Program-made: the position numbers and the translations under genes
From: Octopus vulgaris
Lineage: Eukaryota
Direction of reading: 5' to 3'
NCBI GenBank assembly: GCA_951406725.2
Contig: OX597815.1
Location: 208,630,001-208,694,000 of the forward strand
DNA length: 64,000 bases
Shown: positions 22,785 through 35,884 of the stretch, piece by piece
Numbering within the stretch: the first letter of the stretch is position 1
Layout: each line of letters starts with the position of its first letter
Notes under the pieces: generated by a model
Seen by the model: the letters and a program-made list of their open reading frames with translations, nothing else
What the model was told of the DNA's origin: nothing
Database searches by the model: none

Positions 22785-23817
22785 CATCATCATCATCATC
22801 ATTTAACGTCCGCTTTCCATGCTAGCATAGGTTGGACGGTTCAACTGGGGTCTGGGAAGCCCGAAGGCTGCACCAGGCCAGTCAGATCTGGCAGTGTTTC
22901 TACAGCTGGATGCCCTTCCTAACGCCAACCACTCCGTGAGTGTAGAAGGTGCTTTTTATGTGCCACCGACACAGGTGCCAGACGAGGCTGGCGAACGGCC
23001 ACGCTCGGATGGTGTTCTTTATGTGCCACCGACACAGGTGCCAGACGAGGCTGGCGAACGGCCATGCTCGGATGGTGTTTTTATGTGCCACCGACACAGG
23101 TGCCAGACGAGGCTGGCGAACGGCCACGCTCGGATGGTGTTCTTTATGTGCCACCGACACAGGTGCCAGACGAGGCTGGCGAACGGCCACGCTCGGATGG
23201 TGTTTTTATGTTCCACCGACTCAGGTGCCAGACGAGGCTGGCGAACGGCCATGCTCGGATGGTGTTTTTTATGTTCCACCGACACAGGTGCCAGACGAGG
23301 CTGGCGAACGGCCATGCTCGGATGGTGTTTTTATGTTCCACCGACACAGGTGCCAGACGAGGCTGGCGAACGGCCATGCTCGGATGGTGTTTTTTATGTT
23401 CCACCGACACAGGTGCCAGACGAGGCTGGCGACGGCCATGCTCGGATGGTGTTTTTAGTGCCACCGACACAGGTGCCAGACGAGGCTGGTGAACGGCCAT
23501 GCTCGGATGGTGTTTTTATGTGCCACCGACACAGGTGCCAGACGAGGCTGGTGAACGGATGCTCGGATGGTGTTTTTATGTGCCACCGCTGCCAGACGAG
23601 GCGGCGAACGGCCACGCTCGGATGGTGGCGAACGGCCATGCCATGCTCGGATGGTGTTTTTATGTGCCACCGACACAGGTGCCAGACGAGGCTGGCGAAC
23701 GGCCACGCTCGGATGGTGTTCTTTATGTGCCACCGACACAGGTGCCAGACGAGGCTGGCGAACGGCCACGCTCAGATGGTGTTTTTTTTTATGTGCCACG
23801 AACACAGGTGCCAGACG
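22785..23817 (-). mobile_element. Family C retroelement with expanded module array
   Basis: (CAT)n tail at 22785, body to about 22947, then the tandem array. Confidence 0.88.
22948..23817. repeat. GC-rich 62-63 bp minisatellite, about 14 copies
   Basis: Unit GGTGTTTTTATGTGCCACCGACACAGGTGCCAGACGAGGCTGGCGAACGGCCAYGCTCGGAT, no unique spacers. Confidence 0.95.
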
Positions 23818-25946
23818 TTCTATGCTGGAATTGGTTGGGTGATTTGATAGGATCCAGTGGATTCCAGAATTGCATCATGCTCTACTATCTTATTATTACA
23901 GTGTGTACTCAGTGTTTTATTTTTATACAACCAACACTAGTGGGGTTGCCATGCAGCATGCAACACCATAAGCCTTGAGTGACTGGAAAATAATGTTTTT
24001 GTTTTTACAGATAAGGTGCTAGCGGGAAGCGAGTTTGTTTTTTATGTTCAAGTTTTTTCCTATGATAGCATGGGTTGGACAAAAATATTATAGGTGGTTG
24101 TTTAGAGCCGAATGCCATTTTTGTCAGTAACCATTACCTGCTTTTTTGAGTAAGTGGTTTTTCTTCTTTTTTTTTTTTTTCTTAATCCTCACGTCTTTGA
24201 AAGTGCAAAGCCAGTTGACGAATTGTTGAAATGAGAAATGACAACAACATCAGTGCTTGCTGCTCAGCAATTTTTCAGTGAAGTGCAAAATGTAAACACA
24301 CGCACACATACATAGATATATATTTGTGGGTGTGTAATATTTTTCTCATAGCCAAAACCTGTTTCTATGGAAGATTAGAAATGAGGGACACTGCTTCTAT
24401 GGCTGTAAAGCTCATGTGCAAGTACCATGCTCTGCTGAGACAAAGTGCTGCAACACCCGCATCCCATTATCTCGCCCTTTGTTTGTTTGTCCGTCCGTCC
24501 ATCCAACCATCTGCACACACACACACACACTCACACACATAGTTGGCTTCTTTCAGTTTCTATATGCAAGATCTATTCCACTCACAAATCTTTGGTCAGC
24601 CTGAGGCCAAAGTAGAAAATATTTGCCCAAGGTGCCGTACAGTGGGACTGAACCTGAAACCACATGGTTGGGAAACAAACTTCGTAACCACAGCTAAGTC
24701 TGCATCTATCCTAAGACTTTTGTATTTGTATTTACCAGATCAACTCTGAGACCCCTTTGATTCTAATCCCTGTTTCCATGTTTGGAACTTCTAATTCTTT
24801 GACTGATTTCATTCGGTTCCTTAGACTACTAGTGTTACTTCATTCTGAATATAATGAATTTAACCATCTACTTCTATTCTTTATAATAATTACATTCAAG
24901 TTTCATTTTTGATGGCAAAATTGTAATAGCTGAACTTTAGAAGGAATATTCTATGTTAGTTGTTTGTTTTTGCTTTGGAAAGGTGAATAGGCCAAAAGGA
25001 ATAACTTAAAACTTGTTTCTCTGTGTGAATGACCAATTAGAATAGAAATATTGAAGCCAGTTATATAGATAAAAAAAGAAATGAAGAATTTGATGTTTGT
25101 AAAAGTTTATATTAAACAAATGAGCTAACATTGAGGACAATTGTGGAATATTCAAACAATTTATTATAGACTTTGTGTCTTAGATAAACAAGTTAACAAA
25201 AGAAAACTAGATATTATCTGATTATAAGGAAGCATGTAGCCTAAAACAAAAATTAGTTTTCTGATCTCTCTGTCTTATCTCTGCTGCTATCAGAAAGATT
25301 TTTGTTTTGGGCTGTATTTCGAATGAATATCCCTTATCATTTAGGCTGCAGAAACTAATTAGAGATCAGGACTTTTGGCGTCATTTCAGAATAGTGGCTT
25401 AAAACTTCATGATTTGGTATGTCCTAAGAGGAAATTGTTCTTTGATACTATCTCCAGTTTTGAGTCTGTGTCATTAAAGCAATAGTACTGCTCTTTTAAT
25501 TGTTGCAAGTATATAGTGATGTTGTTATTTTTACCATGCATTGGTTTAAATATTGCTTGATATGTGAATTGGCTTTTTGTTTTTTTTTCGTTTTTGTTCA
25601 GTCGATAATGGCTATCGTGCCAGTAATAAGAAGTATTACCGGCATAACAAAGAAGAAATCACAATGGCTTTATCTTTTCAATCTAAGTGTGGAGGGTAAG
25701 TGTGGTAGCCACTGGCTATCGAGAGAAATATAAACCATATTAAAAAAAAACAAAACAAAATATGAATATAAAAACAAAAATAAGCAAGCATAACATAGGG
25801 ATGCTTATAGTGTAAATTTTATATAGTTATTAGTTAGTTATAATATAGTTAGTGTAAATTTGAAAACTGAACCGAAAACTTGCCCAAGACAATTTAGTTA
25901 GATAAGTTATTTGCCTCTTTTAAGCTGGTTACAGAAGCAAAATGAC

Positions 25947-26293
25947 TCATCATCATCATCATCATCATTTAGCGTCCGCTTTCCATGCTAGCATGGGTTG
26001 GACGGTTCAACCGGGGTCTGTGAAGCCAGAAGGCTGCATCAGGCCTAGTCTGATCTGGCAGTGTTTCTACGGCTGGATGCCCTTCCTAACGCCAACCACT
26101 CCGTGAGTGTAGTGGGTGCTTTTTACGTGCCACCCGCACAGGTGCCAGACGGAGCTGGCAGATGGCCACGGATGGATGGTGCTTTTTACGTGCCACCGGC
26201 ACGATGCCATGGTGCTTTTTACGTGCCACCGGCACGAGGCCAGTCGGGGCGGCGCTGGCAACGGCCACGAACGGATGGTGGTGCCAGACGAGT
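25947..26293 (-). mobile_element. Family C retroelement with about three modules
   Basis: (CAT)n tail, body, repeated GGTGCTTTTTACGTGCCACC. Confidence 0.88.
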
Positions 26294-26792
26294 CTGTCAC
26301 ATTGAAAATATGGTTGTTTTTGGGATTGTTGATTATTAGATCAGTATAGCTTTTTTCTAGGCTGTTAAGTCTCATCATTTGTTGTGGCAGTTGATGCTGT
26401 AGTTTTACTGCTCCTATCTTCCTGATTATTTTCAGATGTTTCGTTTCGTACACATGTTTCATCGTCATTCACTGTTACCACTGAACCAATGAAAGAACTT
26501 CTTTTGCAGTCACGTGATCTACTAGAAATTAGTTCCACCTCTAATCTCTCCATATCATTTAAGAAAATGGCTAGCATACATTGAATATTGGTTGTCCATG
26601 ATGAAGAAAGTAACATGATAGTAATGGATGGAATGCTTTTGATCCAGATTGGCTCAATTCAGTAGGATATTTTTAGATGTATCAAATGGCTATGGGGGGT
26701 CCAGTAGATTTAAACAGAAATCAAAGGGGTTGAGGACCAGTGTTTTAGAATATAGTCAACACTAGATTACATTATTCAATGACTTTCATTAA

Positions 26793-26997
26793 CCCTTTCG
26801 TTACCAACCCAGCTGAAACTGCCTCTGGCTCTGTAGTACAAATGTCTTAATTAAAATCGTCCACTAAACCTTAGTCATAATTTATGTTCCTAATATTAGC
26901 TTAATGATAATTAAGTTATTTTACTAAATTCTTTGTTATATTTCAAGTAATTGAAAGAAAGACAGAGCATCTCAACAGAAATACAGTAACGAAAGAG
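26793..26997. mobile_element. piggyBac-like MITE family A
   Basis: TTAA|CCCTTTCGTTAC ... GTAACGAAAGAG|TTAA. Confidence 0.85.
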
Positions 26998-27820
26998 TTA
27001 AGATGTTAGAGTATGGTATGAGGGTGATATCGCTGCTATTTCTAACAGGTAAAAGCAACTGTTTTTGAGAAGTGGGCTACATGAGACATGGATCATCATC
27101 AAGCAGGTGGCACTACTAAAATAATTCAAAGTGTTTTTCTATGCATACTTTTCAAAAGATCGTCTGGGTTGCAGTTTACTAATAACTGATGTAGACATAT
27201 CCCTGTTGATTTGGTAATGCAATATAAAGATGATGAGTTACAGATTTAAGGAGATAAACACAATAATCCACTGTTATCTAGTAGACAAATCACACCTTAT
27301 ATCAAGAAGGCAAATAGGAGGTTAGATGAGAGCTGAAGAAGGGGCAACGGCCCCTGGAATAGGGCACATACACTCATTACCCATTTTTGTCTTCAATCAC
27401 ATTGTCTGTTTACATCTGATGTCTCAATACGAAATGTTGTAGCATAAATCAGTGCTGGCCATGCGTTCTATAGAATATCCATAGAAATAAACTTAACAAA
27501 ATAAAGTGTTTATAGTTTGCCACCACCACCCACCACCACCACCACCAAAATTCATCACTTCAGAATATCGGTCCAAAATTTGAAATTAGTAATTGAATTT
27601 GAACCTTCTTTGTGGTCTCCAATTAGAATGAGGGGGAAAATAACGTGCTATATTGGTGGTAAAGTTACTAATGATATTTCATTCAGTGCATAAAACAAGA
27701 TGTCTGGACAAGTTTCGGAAAGAAACGTGATATAAAGTTATACAAACAGGGCCATTCAGTGAATAATTGCTGTTTGATCTTCTATCACTTTCAGTGAGGG
27801 GTGTGTATATCTACACACGT

Positions 27821-28084
27821 GTATGTGTGTGTGTATATATATATGTATGTACATATATATATATATATATATATATCTATAAGTGTATATATATATGTAT
27901 GTATATATACATATATGTATATGTGTATGTATCTATATATCTATAAGTATATATATATGTATGTACATATATATACATATATGTATATATGTATGTATCT
28001 ATATATGCATATATATAATATACATTTATATGTACGTATATATACATATATGTACGTATATATATATATATATATGTATATAAG

Positions 28085-28126
<42 letters not shown>

Positions 28127-28448
28127 AGTATATATATATATATGTGTGTATATATACGTATATGTGTATGTATCTATATATCTATAAGTATATATATATG
28201 TATGTATATATATATACATATATGTATATATGTATGTATCTATATATGCATATATATAATATACATTTATATGTACGTATGTATACATATATGTACGTAT
28301 ATATACATATATATATGTATATATATATATATATCTATATATAAAATATATATATATATATATATGTATGTATGATGTATGTATGATGTATGTATGATGT
28401 ATGTATGATGTATATATGCATATATGTGTGTGTGTGTATATATACATA

Positions 28449-28479
<31 letters not shown>

Positions 28480-28604
28480 TATATATATATATATATATGA
28501 CGTTAAACGATGATGATGTATATATATGAAGCAAACTAGCTTGCAAGAAAATCTGGTATCACATATATTTCTATGTATCTGTGTGTGTGTGTGTGTGTGT
28601 ATAT
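27821..28604. repeat. Compound TA/TG microsatellite with higher-order internal duplication
   Basis: Block ...ATCTATATATCTATAAGT...GCATATATATAATATACATTTATATGTACGT occurs twice (about 27920-28050 and 28160-28290). Confidence 0.95.
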
Positions 28605-29630
28605 AACTCATTGGTGTCTTATTTCGATAGTGTATTTTTGCATATTAAATTCCTCAAGTAAGCAAAGTAAGTGATTAATTTTTGATTTAATGATCAACTT
28701 AAAAGTAAAATGCCATTTTTATTTTGTCTTCTTTTTGCGTCCTTGAGAACATCTTCAAAACGGAATAAATCTATATTCTTTGAAATTACTTTTGGCTATA
28801 TAGATTTTCTATCTTTTCTTTGTCTTTCTTTTTCCTTCTTTTTTTTTTGTTGTCTTTTAGAGACAGAGAAGCAATTGATGCCTCTGTATTATCTGCCATG
28901 AAGTTAGTTTTGGAATTAACCAAACAGTCTTGTAGAAATTGAAATGTTGACAATTTTTAATATGAATTTTCACATTGGTATTAATGTATTTCAGCCAATG
29001 ACTTATTAATTCCCGTGTTGGTTAGAAATTAGATGATGATAGCTTATAGCTAGAAAAGCCATTTGTTTATTTATTTTCTGATCACGGAAATGAGTACAAT
29101 TTCATTTCTTCCTCCTTCGCTATCCAGTATGCTAAAGCAAGCTCAAATGGTGAGAAAGCTTCTAGGCGTTGTCATCTGTTCTCTTCTAGATTGCTTTCAA
29201 AATGACAAATGATTCTGGTGGATGTGTTATTATATCCTTTATGATAATAATCAACTGATGGAATCTTGAAGATAATGGAAGATATATACTGAAATCAAAG
29301 ATAAATTCCTATTATAATTCTTATTAGAGTTTCACATCCATGATTCTATATTCTTGTATTTTTGGTCAGCCGCTCTAATATAATGGCAGTCATTAGAGTT
29401 TTGGATATAAACTGCCTTGCAGCTTTAGTTTCAGTTGTCTGTGTTCTGAGTTCAGACCCCACTGAGGCCATTTTTAGTCAAATTGACCACGGGACTTAGT
29501 TTTTTAAGATTAGTACTTATTCCATCAGTTACTTTTGTCAAAATGCACAGTTACAGGCATGCCACTGGTTGTCAAGTGGTCGTGGGGATCAAACACAGAT
29601 GCAGACAATACAAATATATCTATTTTTATC

Positions 29631-29699
<69 letters not shown>

Positions 29700-29709
29700 T
29701 TTTTGTCTG

Positions 29710-30075
29710 TTACTTGTTTCAGTTATTTGACTGCAGCCATGTTGGAGCACTGCCTTTAGTCAAACAAATTGACCCCAGAACTTATTCTTTGTAAGACTAG
29801 TACTTATTCTATTGGTCTTTTTTTGCTGAACCGCTTGGTTACGGAGATGTAAACACACCAGCATTGGTTGCCAAGCAATGGCGGTGAGACAAATACAAAC
29901 ACACAAATACATACATAGATGATGGGCTTCTTTCAGTTTCCATCTACCAAATCCACTCACAAGGCTTTGGTCAGCCCAAGGCTATAGTAGAAGACTCTTG
30001 CCCAAGGTGCCACACTGTGGGACTAAACCCAGAACCATGTGGTTGGGAAGCAAGCTTCTTACCACACAGCCATTC
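29710..30075 (-). mobile_element. SINE family A (diverged), preceded by a partial copy at about 29475-29630
   Basis: Consensus match. Confidence 0.85.
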
Positions 30076-30087
30076 CATATATATGAT

Positions 30088-30473
30088 AGATTGCTAGCCA
30101 CAACACATTCTTTATTTTCTCTCCTTGTTTCTTTCTGTGTTCCTTTCTGTGGAAGAGCGTAGGCTCGAAATGTTAAAGACTTTTCCACTTCCCGAGTGTT
30201 AAACTAATACATCTGTTTGTTGTCTACACCACCTGTCCTTATATTTTGTTATTTTTATGAATTCTCCGACCGCGTGTGTATCGTTGGCGATTTTCTTTCT
30301 CTGTCTTCCCTTCCTAGGACCTTTCCTTTTTCTATGTTTCTGACGAAGAGCTCTGCTCGAAACGTTAAATCCCCCTTCTTTCTTTCCTTTCCTGAGCATC
30401 CAATAACACTATACTTGTTCCATGTCCTTGCGTCGTTGTGTTTTTTTTTTTGTGTTTTTATGTTTGAATTAAC
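30088..30473 (+). mobile_element. Two different H1-type hammerhead repeats in tandem, followed by (TA)n
   Basis: Motifs at 30143-30178 (CTGTGGA A GAGC gtag GCTC GAAA) and 30336-30370 (CTGACGA A GAGC tct GCTC GAAA CG TT). Second unit is homologous to 44211-44424. Confidence 0.75.
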
Positions 30474-30535
<62 letters not shown>

Positions 30536-30997
30536 TATATATATATATTTATTACTGTTTGTGCTTACAATTAGAAAGGTAAGTGGAGTACTGTGTGATT
30601 GTATAAATAGTTTTGAAAATAGTTTTAAATTTATGCAACAATTACAGCATAAAGAAAGAAAATGTTGGTCTTGTACAGAAGAAAGCTACAGAAAATTGAC
30701 TAAAGAAGCAATACAAGTTTTAGCCTTGCTTTTTAAGAGGTGGAGTGAGAGAGATAGAGGATGGGTGGGTGGGTGAAGGTAATGGCTAGTGTCAAGCTGA
30801 ATGGTTAAATAATAAATTGAAAAAAAGTCAAAGATTTCCAGTTGGAAGTAAATTGGTCAGAGTGAAAGTGTTTTAAGTGCATAGTTAGAATGGTATGAAG
30901 TAGTGCTCAGTATAAATATAAGAAATTTTGTGGAAATTTTGAATCCATCTGATGGTGTAAAAAATATTTTTATCAGGTATTGATGTGACTATATATA

Positions 30998-31232
30998 CAG
31001 GTTGGTCCAAAAGTAGGTTTACAGTTATCACGTAGGCACTTTAAATTTCTTTTAAGATATTTTATCACATTTAAATTTCTGTCTTACAAAGTGAAAAGGG
31101 AAGTTGACAAAGTTAATTAAATTAGCATAGAATGATGGTTTCATATTTTTTTATAATTAAGACCTAAACTGTTAATATAGGAGTACAAAAGAGATAGTTG
31201 AATAACTGTAAACCTACTTTTGGGCCACTCTG
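30998..31232. mobile_element. Tc1/mariner-type MITE (~235 bp)
   Basis: About 31-bp TIRs CAGGTTGGTCCAAAAGTAGGTTTACAGTTAT / ATAACTGTAAACCTACTTTTGGGCCACTCTG, TA on both sides. Confidence 0.88.
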
Positions 31233-31303
31233 TATATACATATATATCATCATCATCATCATCATCGTTTAGCGTCCGTTTTCCATGCTAGCATGGGTTG
31301 GAC

Positions 31304-31338
<35 letters not shown>

Positions 31339-31340
<2 letters not shown>

Positions 31341-31541
31341 GGAGTAAACACATAAATGTGAAACAAGGTGGTAAAAAAGAGTACTCAAATACCAGTGGTA
31401 GAGTAATATGCTTTATTTAAAGCAGCAGAAAATTCAACAAAACCTGTTACTCTGAGATTCTAGCAAAAACTGTCTGACGAACGGCAACATGAAACTCAGA
31501 GTAACAGGTTTTGTTAAATTTTCTGCTGCTTTAAATAAAGT
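31339..31541. mobile_element. Hammerhead-type repeat H2, inverted pair between (TA)n tracts
   Basis: Minus copy 31339-31456, plus copy 31461-31541. Homologous to 10436-10786. Confidence 0.8.
31464..31513 (+). ncRNA. Type I hammerhead ribozyme motif (H2)
   Basis: CAAAAACTGT CTGACGA ACG gcaa CAT GAAA CTC a GAG TA ACAGGTTTTG: canonical core, GUA site, palindromic stem III, one mismatch in stem II. Confidence 0.75.
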
Positions 31542-31543
31542 AC

Positions 31544-31589
<46 letters not shown>

Positions 31590-31610
31590 TCACACACATA
31601 CATACATATA

Positions 31611-31926
31611 TAGGCGTAGTAGTGGCTGTGTCGTAAGTGGCTTGCTTACCAACCACATGGCTCTGCGTTCAGTCCCAAAGCCTTGTGAGTGGATTTGGTA
31701 GACGGAAACTGAAAGAAGCCCGCCGTATATATGTATATATACAACCGACGGTGGTGTGTTGACAACCGACGGTGGGGAGCCGTTACTTAGCGGTTCGGCA
31801 AAAGAGACTGATAGAATAAGTACTGTGCTTAGAAAGAGTAAGTTCTAGGGTCAATGTGCTTGACTAAAGGCGGTGCTCCAGCATGGCCACAGTCAAATGA
31901 CTGAAACAAGTAGAAGAGTAAAAGAG
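31611..31926 (+). mobile_element. SINE family A with internal deletions
   Basis: Head and tail match consensus. Confidence 0.8.
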
Positions 31927-33122
31927 CATCATCAGAGTCTCAAAGACACAAAATAATGCATTGTGTCGTTTACCAGATTTCTGCTGAAATAAACTGCCTT
32001 CATTTTAGTTCTCATCTAAAATAAGGAAGAAATAAGTAAAATGACTTTGTCGTTACTAACCCTTTGATGTTCAAGCCAGCCACATCAGATCTCTCAGACC
32101 AGCTTACAATGTCATTCAAAAAGTACACAATCACATCATCGAAATCTCAAAGCTATGAAATACTGCATGATTCATTCAAAACAATAAATGAGTATTATAT
32201 TCAACAATGCTCGAGGGGTAAGCTGGTCTTTGAAACATGAATTAGCATGAAATTTGGTTAGAAAGTTTGAATTTGCTTGAAAACAGGAAGTTTGTATAAT
32301 AGTACCAGGGGCATTCCTAGGGAGGTTTGTATCAAAATCGGTAAATAAGATGTAAGATCAATAAATATATAATTACTGCCTTGAAAATATCCTGATAAGA
32401 ATTGAAAATAGTTTGTTATTGAAACGGTTATGTCAAATTCGAAATTTAATTCTCGTTATATCATCAACGAACATAATTGTTTTTCTTTTTTTTTTTTCTT
32501 TTGTCTTTGTTGGTGCTTTCTTCAAATCACAATAAAATCACTGCTTGAAATTTAAAACTTAAATTCTATATTAAAACTCTGGCTAGAAAATATATATTTT
32601 CATACTGTGATGGTGAATAGGAGGACGGGAGCATGAACACACATGTGTGTGTTTGTGCGTAGCAGGAACATCTGTGTGTAAGCATGTGCATGTGTGTGCA
32701 TGGCCATTTATGTGTTCGTGTGTATGTGTGCGTGTGAATTTATTCTTAGCATTTCCAATGATCACCAAAAAAATTTTTTTTTAAATAATATCTATTTATC
32801 AACAATGTTGTTTTTTTCTAAAAGTGAGACCAAAATAAATTATATTCTAGATGGCTTTTTTTCCTTGTTTGTTTGTTTGTTTGCATTTTTGGTTTTTGTT
32901 GTGTGTCCCCACCATCCCCATCAAGTAGCTCAATTGATTAAAGGTCACTTATACTTTCTTTTAATATTTTATAACATTGATCACTAAATCATCTACAGGA
33001 AAGCAAAGAGCAGCTGAATTACTCTTCTTTAAGGCAACTGAAGTTTAATGCACAAGGTGATTTAAATCATTTCCCATCACTCACTATTGCAGACATAAAA
33101 CAATGTCCTGTACAGCAGAACA

Positions 33123-33181
<59 letters not shown>

Positions 33182-33646
33182 TGTATGTATAATACAAATA
33201 TATAACTTATAACTCACATGGCTAGTTTTAATAGATGGTGCTGACAATGCCATCGTCATCACCCACCACCACCACAACTCCATTTTTTTGTTTTGTTTTA
33301 ATGAAATTGTTTTAAGACAACTTCATTACAACGGATTTAACCCTCCTGGCAAACAGTACTTGCATCAATTGCCAGTTGGAATCTAGTGAATTTACTAAAA
33401 AAAAAGACTTTATTCCAGATCACTAACCCTTTGCAAGTTACAATTTCAAACAATCTGGATTCAACTCTTGTAAAGCTTACTAATCCTTCTCCGACAAACA
33501 TGAATCCAGGAATTTAGACCCTGGTTTCCATCTTCTTCTAATAATGATCAGGCATCAATGTGTATATATGTGACTAAGGAAAAACAAAATAAAAACTTTC
33601 CTGCTATCATCCTCATCAACTAAGACAAACTATAGGGATTTTGATT

Positions 33647-33847
33647 ACTCTTTTACTTGTTTCAGTCATTTGACTGTGGCCATGCTGGAGCACCGCCTTT
33701 AGCCGAGCAAATCGACCCCAGGACTTATTCTCTGTGAGCCTAGTACTTATTCTATCAGTCTCTTTTGCCGAACCGCTAAGTTACGGGGACATAAACACAC
33801 CAACATCAGTGGTCAAGCGATGTTGGTGGGGGGTGGGGGCAAACACA

Positions 33848-33929
<82 letters not shown>

Positions 33930-34095
33930 TATGACAGGCTTCTTTCAGTTTCCATCTACCAAATCCACTCACAAGGCTTTGGTCGGCTCGAGGCTATAGT
34001 AGACGACACTTTCCCAAGGTGCCACACAGTAGGACTGAACCAGGAACCATGTGGTTCATAAGCAAGCTACTTACCACACAGCCTCTTCTACGCCT
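33647..34095 (-). mobile_element. SINE family A, full length
   Basis: Consensus match. Confidence 0.92.
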
Positions 34096-34299
34096 ATAGG
34101 GATAATTTGAAGAACAAAACAGAAACTCGCCAACGTACCGGGAAACTGGGATTCAACCACATTGCTTTCAGTCTTTAATCTAATGCTCCCTCAACGTAGC
34201 TCAACAAGCTATGAATGGTCTCACAATTTTTAGACTTCCTAATATAGTAACATTCAATACCGAAAAGATGTCTGTGTGTGTCATCATCTTTATCATCAT

Positions 34300-34622
34300 C
34301 TTTATCATCGTCATCGTCATCATTTAACATCTGCTTTCCAAGCTGGCATGGATCGGACAATTTGACAGAAGCTGGTTAACTGGAGAGCTGCACCAGGCTC
34401 CAACTGTTTCTTTCGGCATGATCTCTATGGCTAGATGCCCTTACTAATGCCAACCACTTTACAGAGCGTACTGGGTGCTGTTATGAGATGCTGGTACAGG
34501 TGCTTTTGTGGTACCAGCACAAGTGCATTTTTATGAGGTGCCAGCACAGGTGCTTTTTCATGGCACCAGCACAAGTGTTTGTACGTGGTACTGGCACTAA
34601 TGCTTTTTATGTGGCACCAATA
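34300..34622 (-). mobile_element. Old family C copy with ~22-bp degenerate tandem units
   Basis: (CAT)n tail, GATGCCCTT, repeated GGTGCTTTT..TGGCACCAGCAC. Confidence 0.65.
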
Positions 34623-35242
34623 CCTGTGAGCTCTCAAGACAAGGACCTCTCAGCTGAGGGGAGGGCATTGCCATAGTATGTATGAATGTTTCATTCATTT
34701 TCATGTCTCTTTTTCCAGGTTGCATGTATTAATTGAATATGTCATTGATGTATTGATGCACCATGTTCCAGCTTGATGCCCTTCCTGTTGCAAACGCAAA
34801 CCTGTTTTTCAAGAAAGAGATCTCTTATTCCATGCAGCTTTCAAAGTGCAATATAAGTAGATAATTTGTTGACAGGAAAACTGATAACAAGAATACAACC
34901 TATACATCACAATTTATGCAGAAACAGGCAAGATTTAAACAAACACACAGACACAAAGGCTTTCTTCCAGTATTTGCCAACCAAATCCACTCACAAGGCT
35001 TTGGTGAGCCCAGGAGTTGAAGCAGAAGATCCTTGCATTATGTGCTACACAGTTGGACCGAACACAAAATAAGCTAATTAGACCAAAGTGTATATACAGG
35101 GTTGGCCAAACATCCCACACAGCATAAATTACAATATGCTCAACAGACATTCTTCGGTTTTCCTAAATTTGAAGGAAATGAGAAATTATGATGACAACAT
35201 ATGTACTTGTACATGAAGAACAAAATGAATAATAACAATAAT

Positions 35243-35884
35243 AATCCTTTCTACTAGAAAGTACAAGACCTGGAATTTGAAGGGTGGGGTGAAGTTGATC
35301 ACATCAACTCCAGTGTGCAACAGGTTCTTATTTCGTCAACCCCGAAAGGATGAAAGGCAAAGTCAACATTGGCAGAAATTGAATTCAGAACATCAAGACG
35401 GATGAAATACCACTGAACATTCTCTTTACTCTTTACTCTTTACTCTTTTACTTGTTTCAGTCATTTGACTGTGGCCATGCTGGAGCACCGCCTTTAGTCG
35501 AGCAAATCAACCCCGGGACTTATTCTTTGTAAGCCCAGTACTTATTCTATCGGTCTCTTTCGCCAAACCGCTAAGTGACGGGGACATAAACACACCAGCA
35601 TTGGTTGTCAAACAATGCTAGGGGGACAAACACAGACACACAAACACATACACACACACACATATATATATACATACATACATACATACGACAGGCTTCT
35701 TTCAGTTTCCGTCTACCAAATCCACTCACAAGGCATTGGTCAGCCCGGGGCTATAGTAGAAGACACTTGCCCAAGATGCCATGCAGTGGGACTAAACCCG
35801 GAACCATGTGGTTGGTTAGCAAGCTACTTACCACACAGCCACTCCTGTGCCTGGAATGCTAATGATTCTGCCAGCTCACTGCCT
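35243..35884 (-). mobile_element. Older SINE B (alternative tail) interrupted by SINE A (35421-35852)
   Basis: CCCGAAAGGATGAAAGGCAAAGTC core at 35341. Head resumes at about 35853 with GCTAATGATTCTGCCAGCTCACTGCC. Confidence 0.8.

Noticed and set aside
22948-23817. CRISPR array or repeat-protein gene (317-aa ORF 22894..23847)
   Set aside because: No unique spacers and no cas genes. Frames shift with T-run length, and the unit is a retroelement module seen at other loci.
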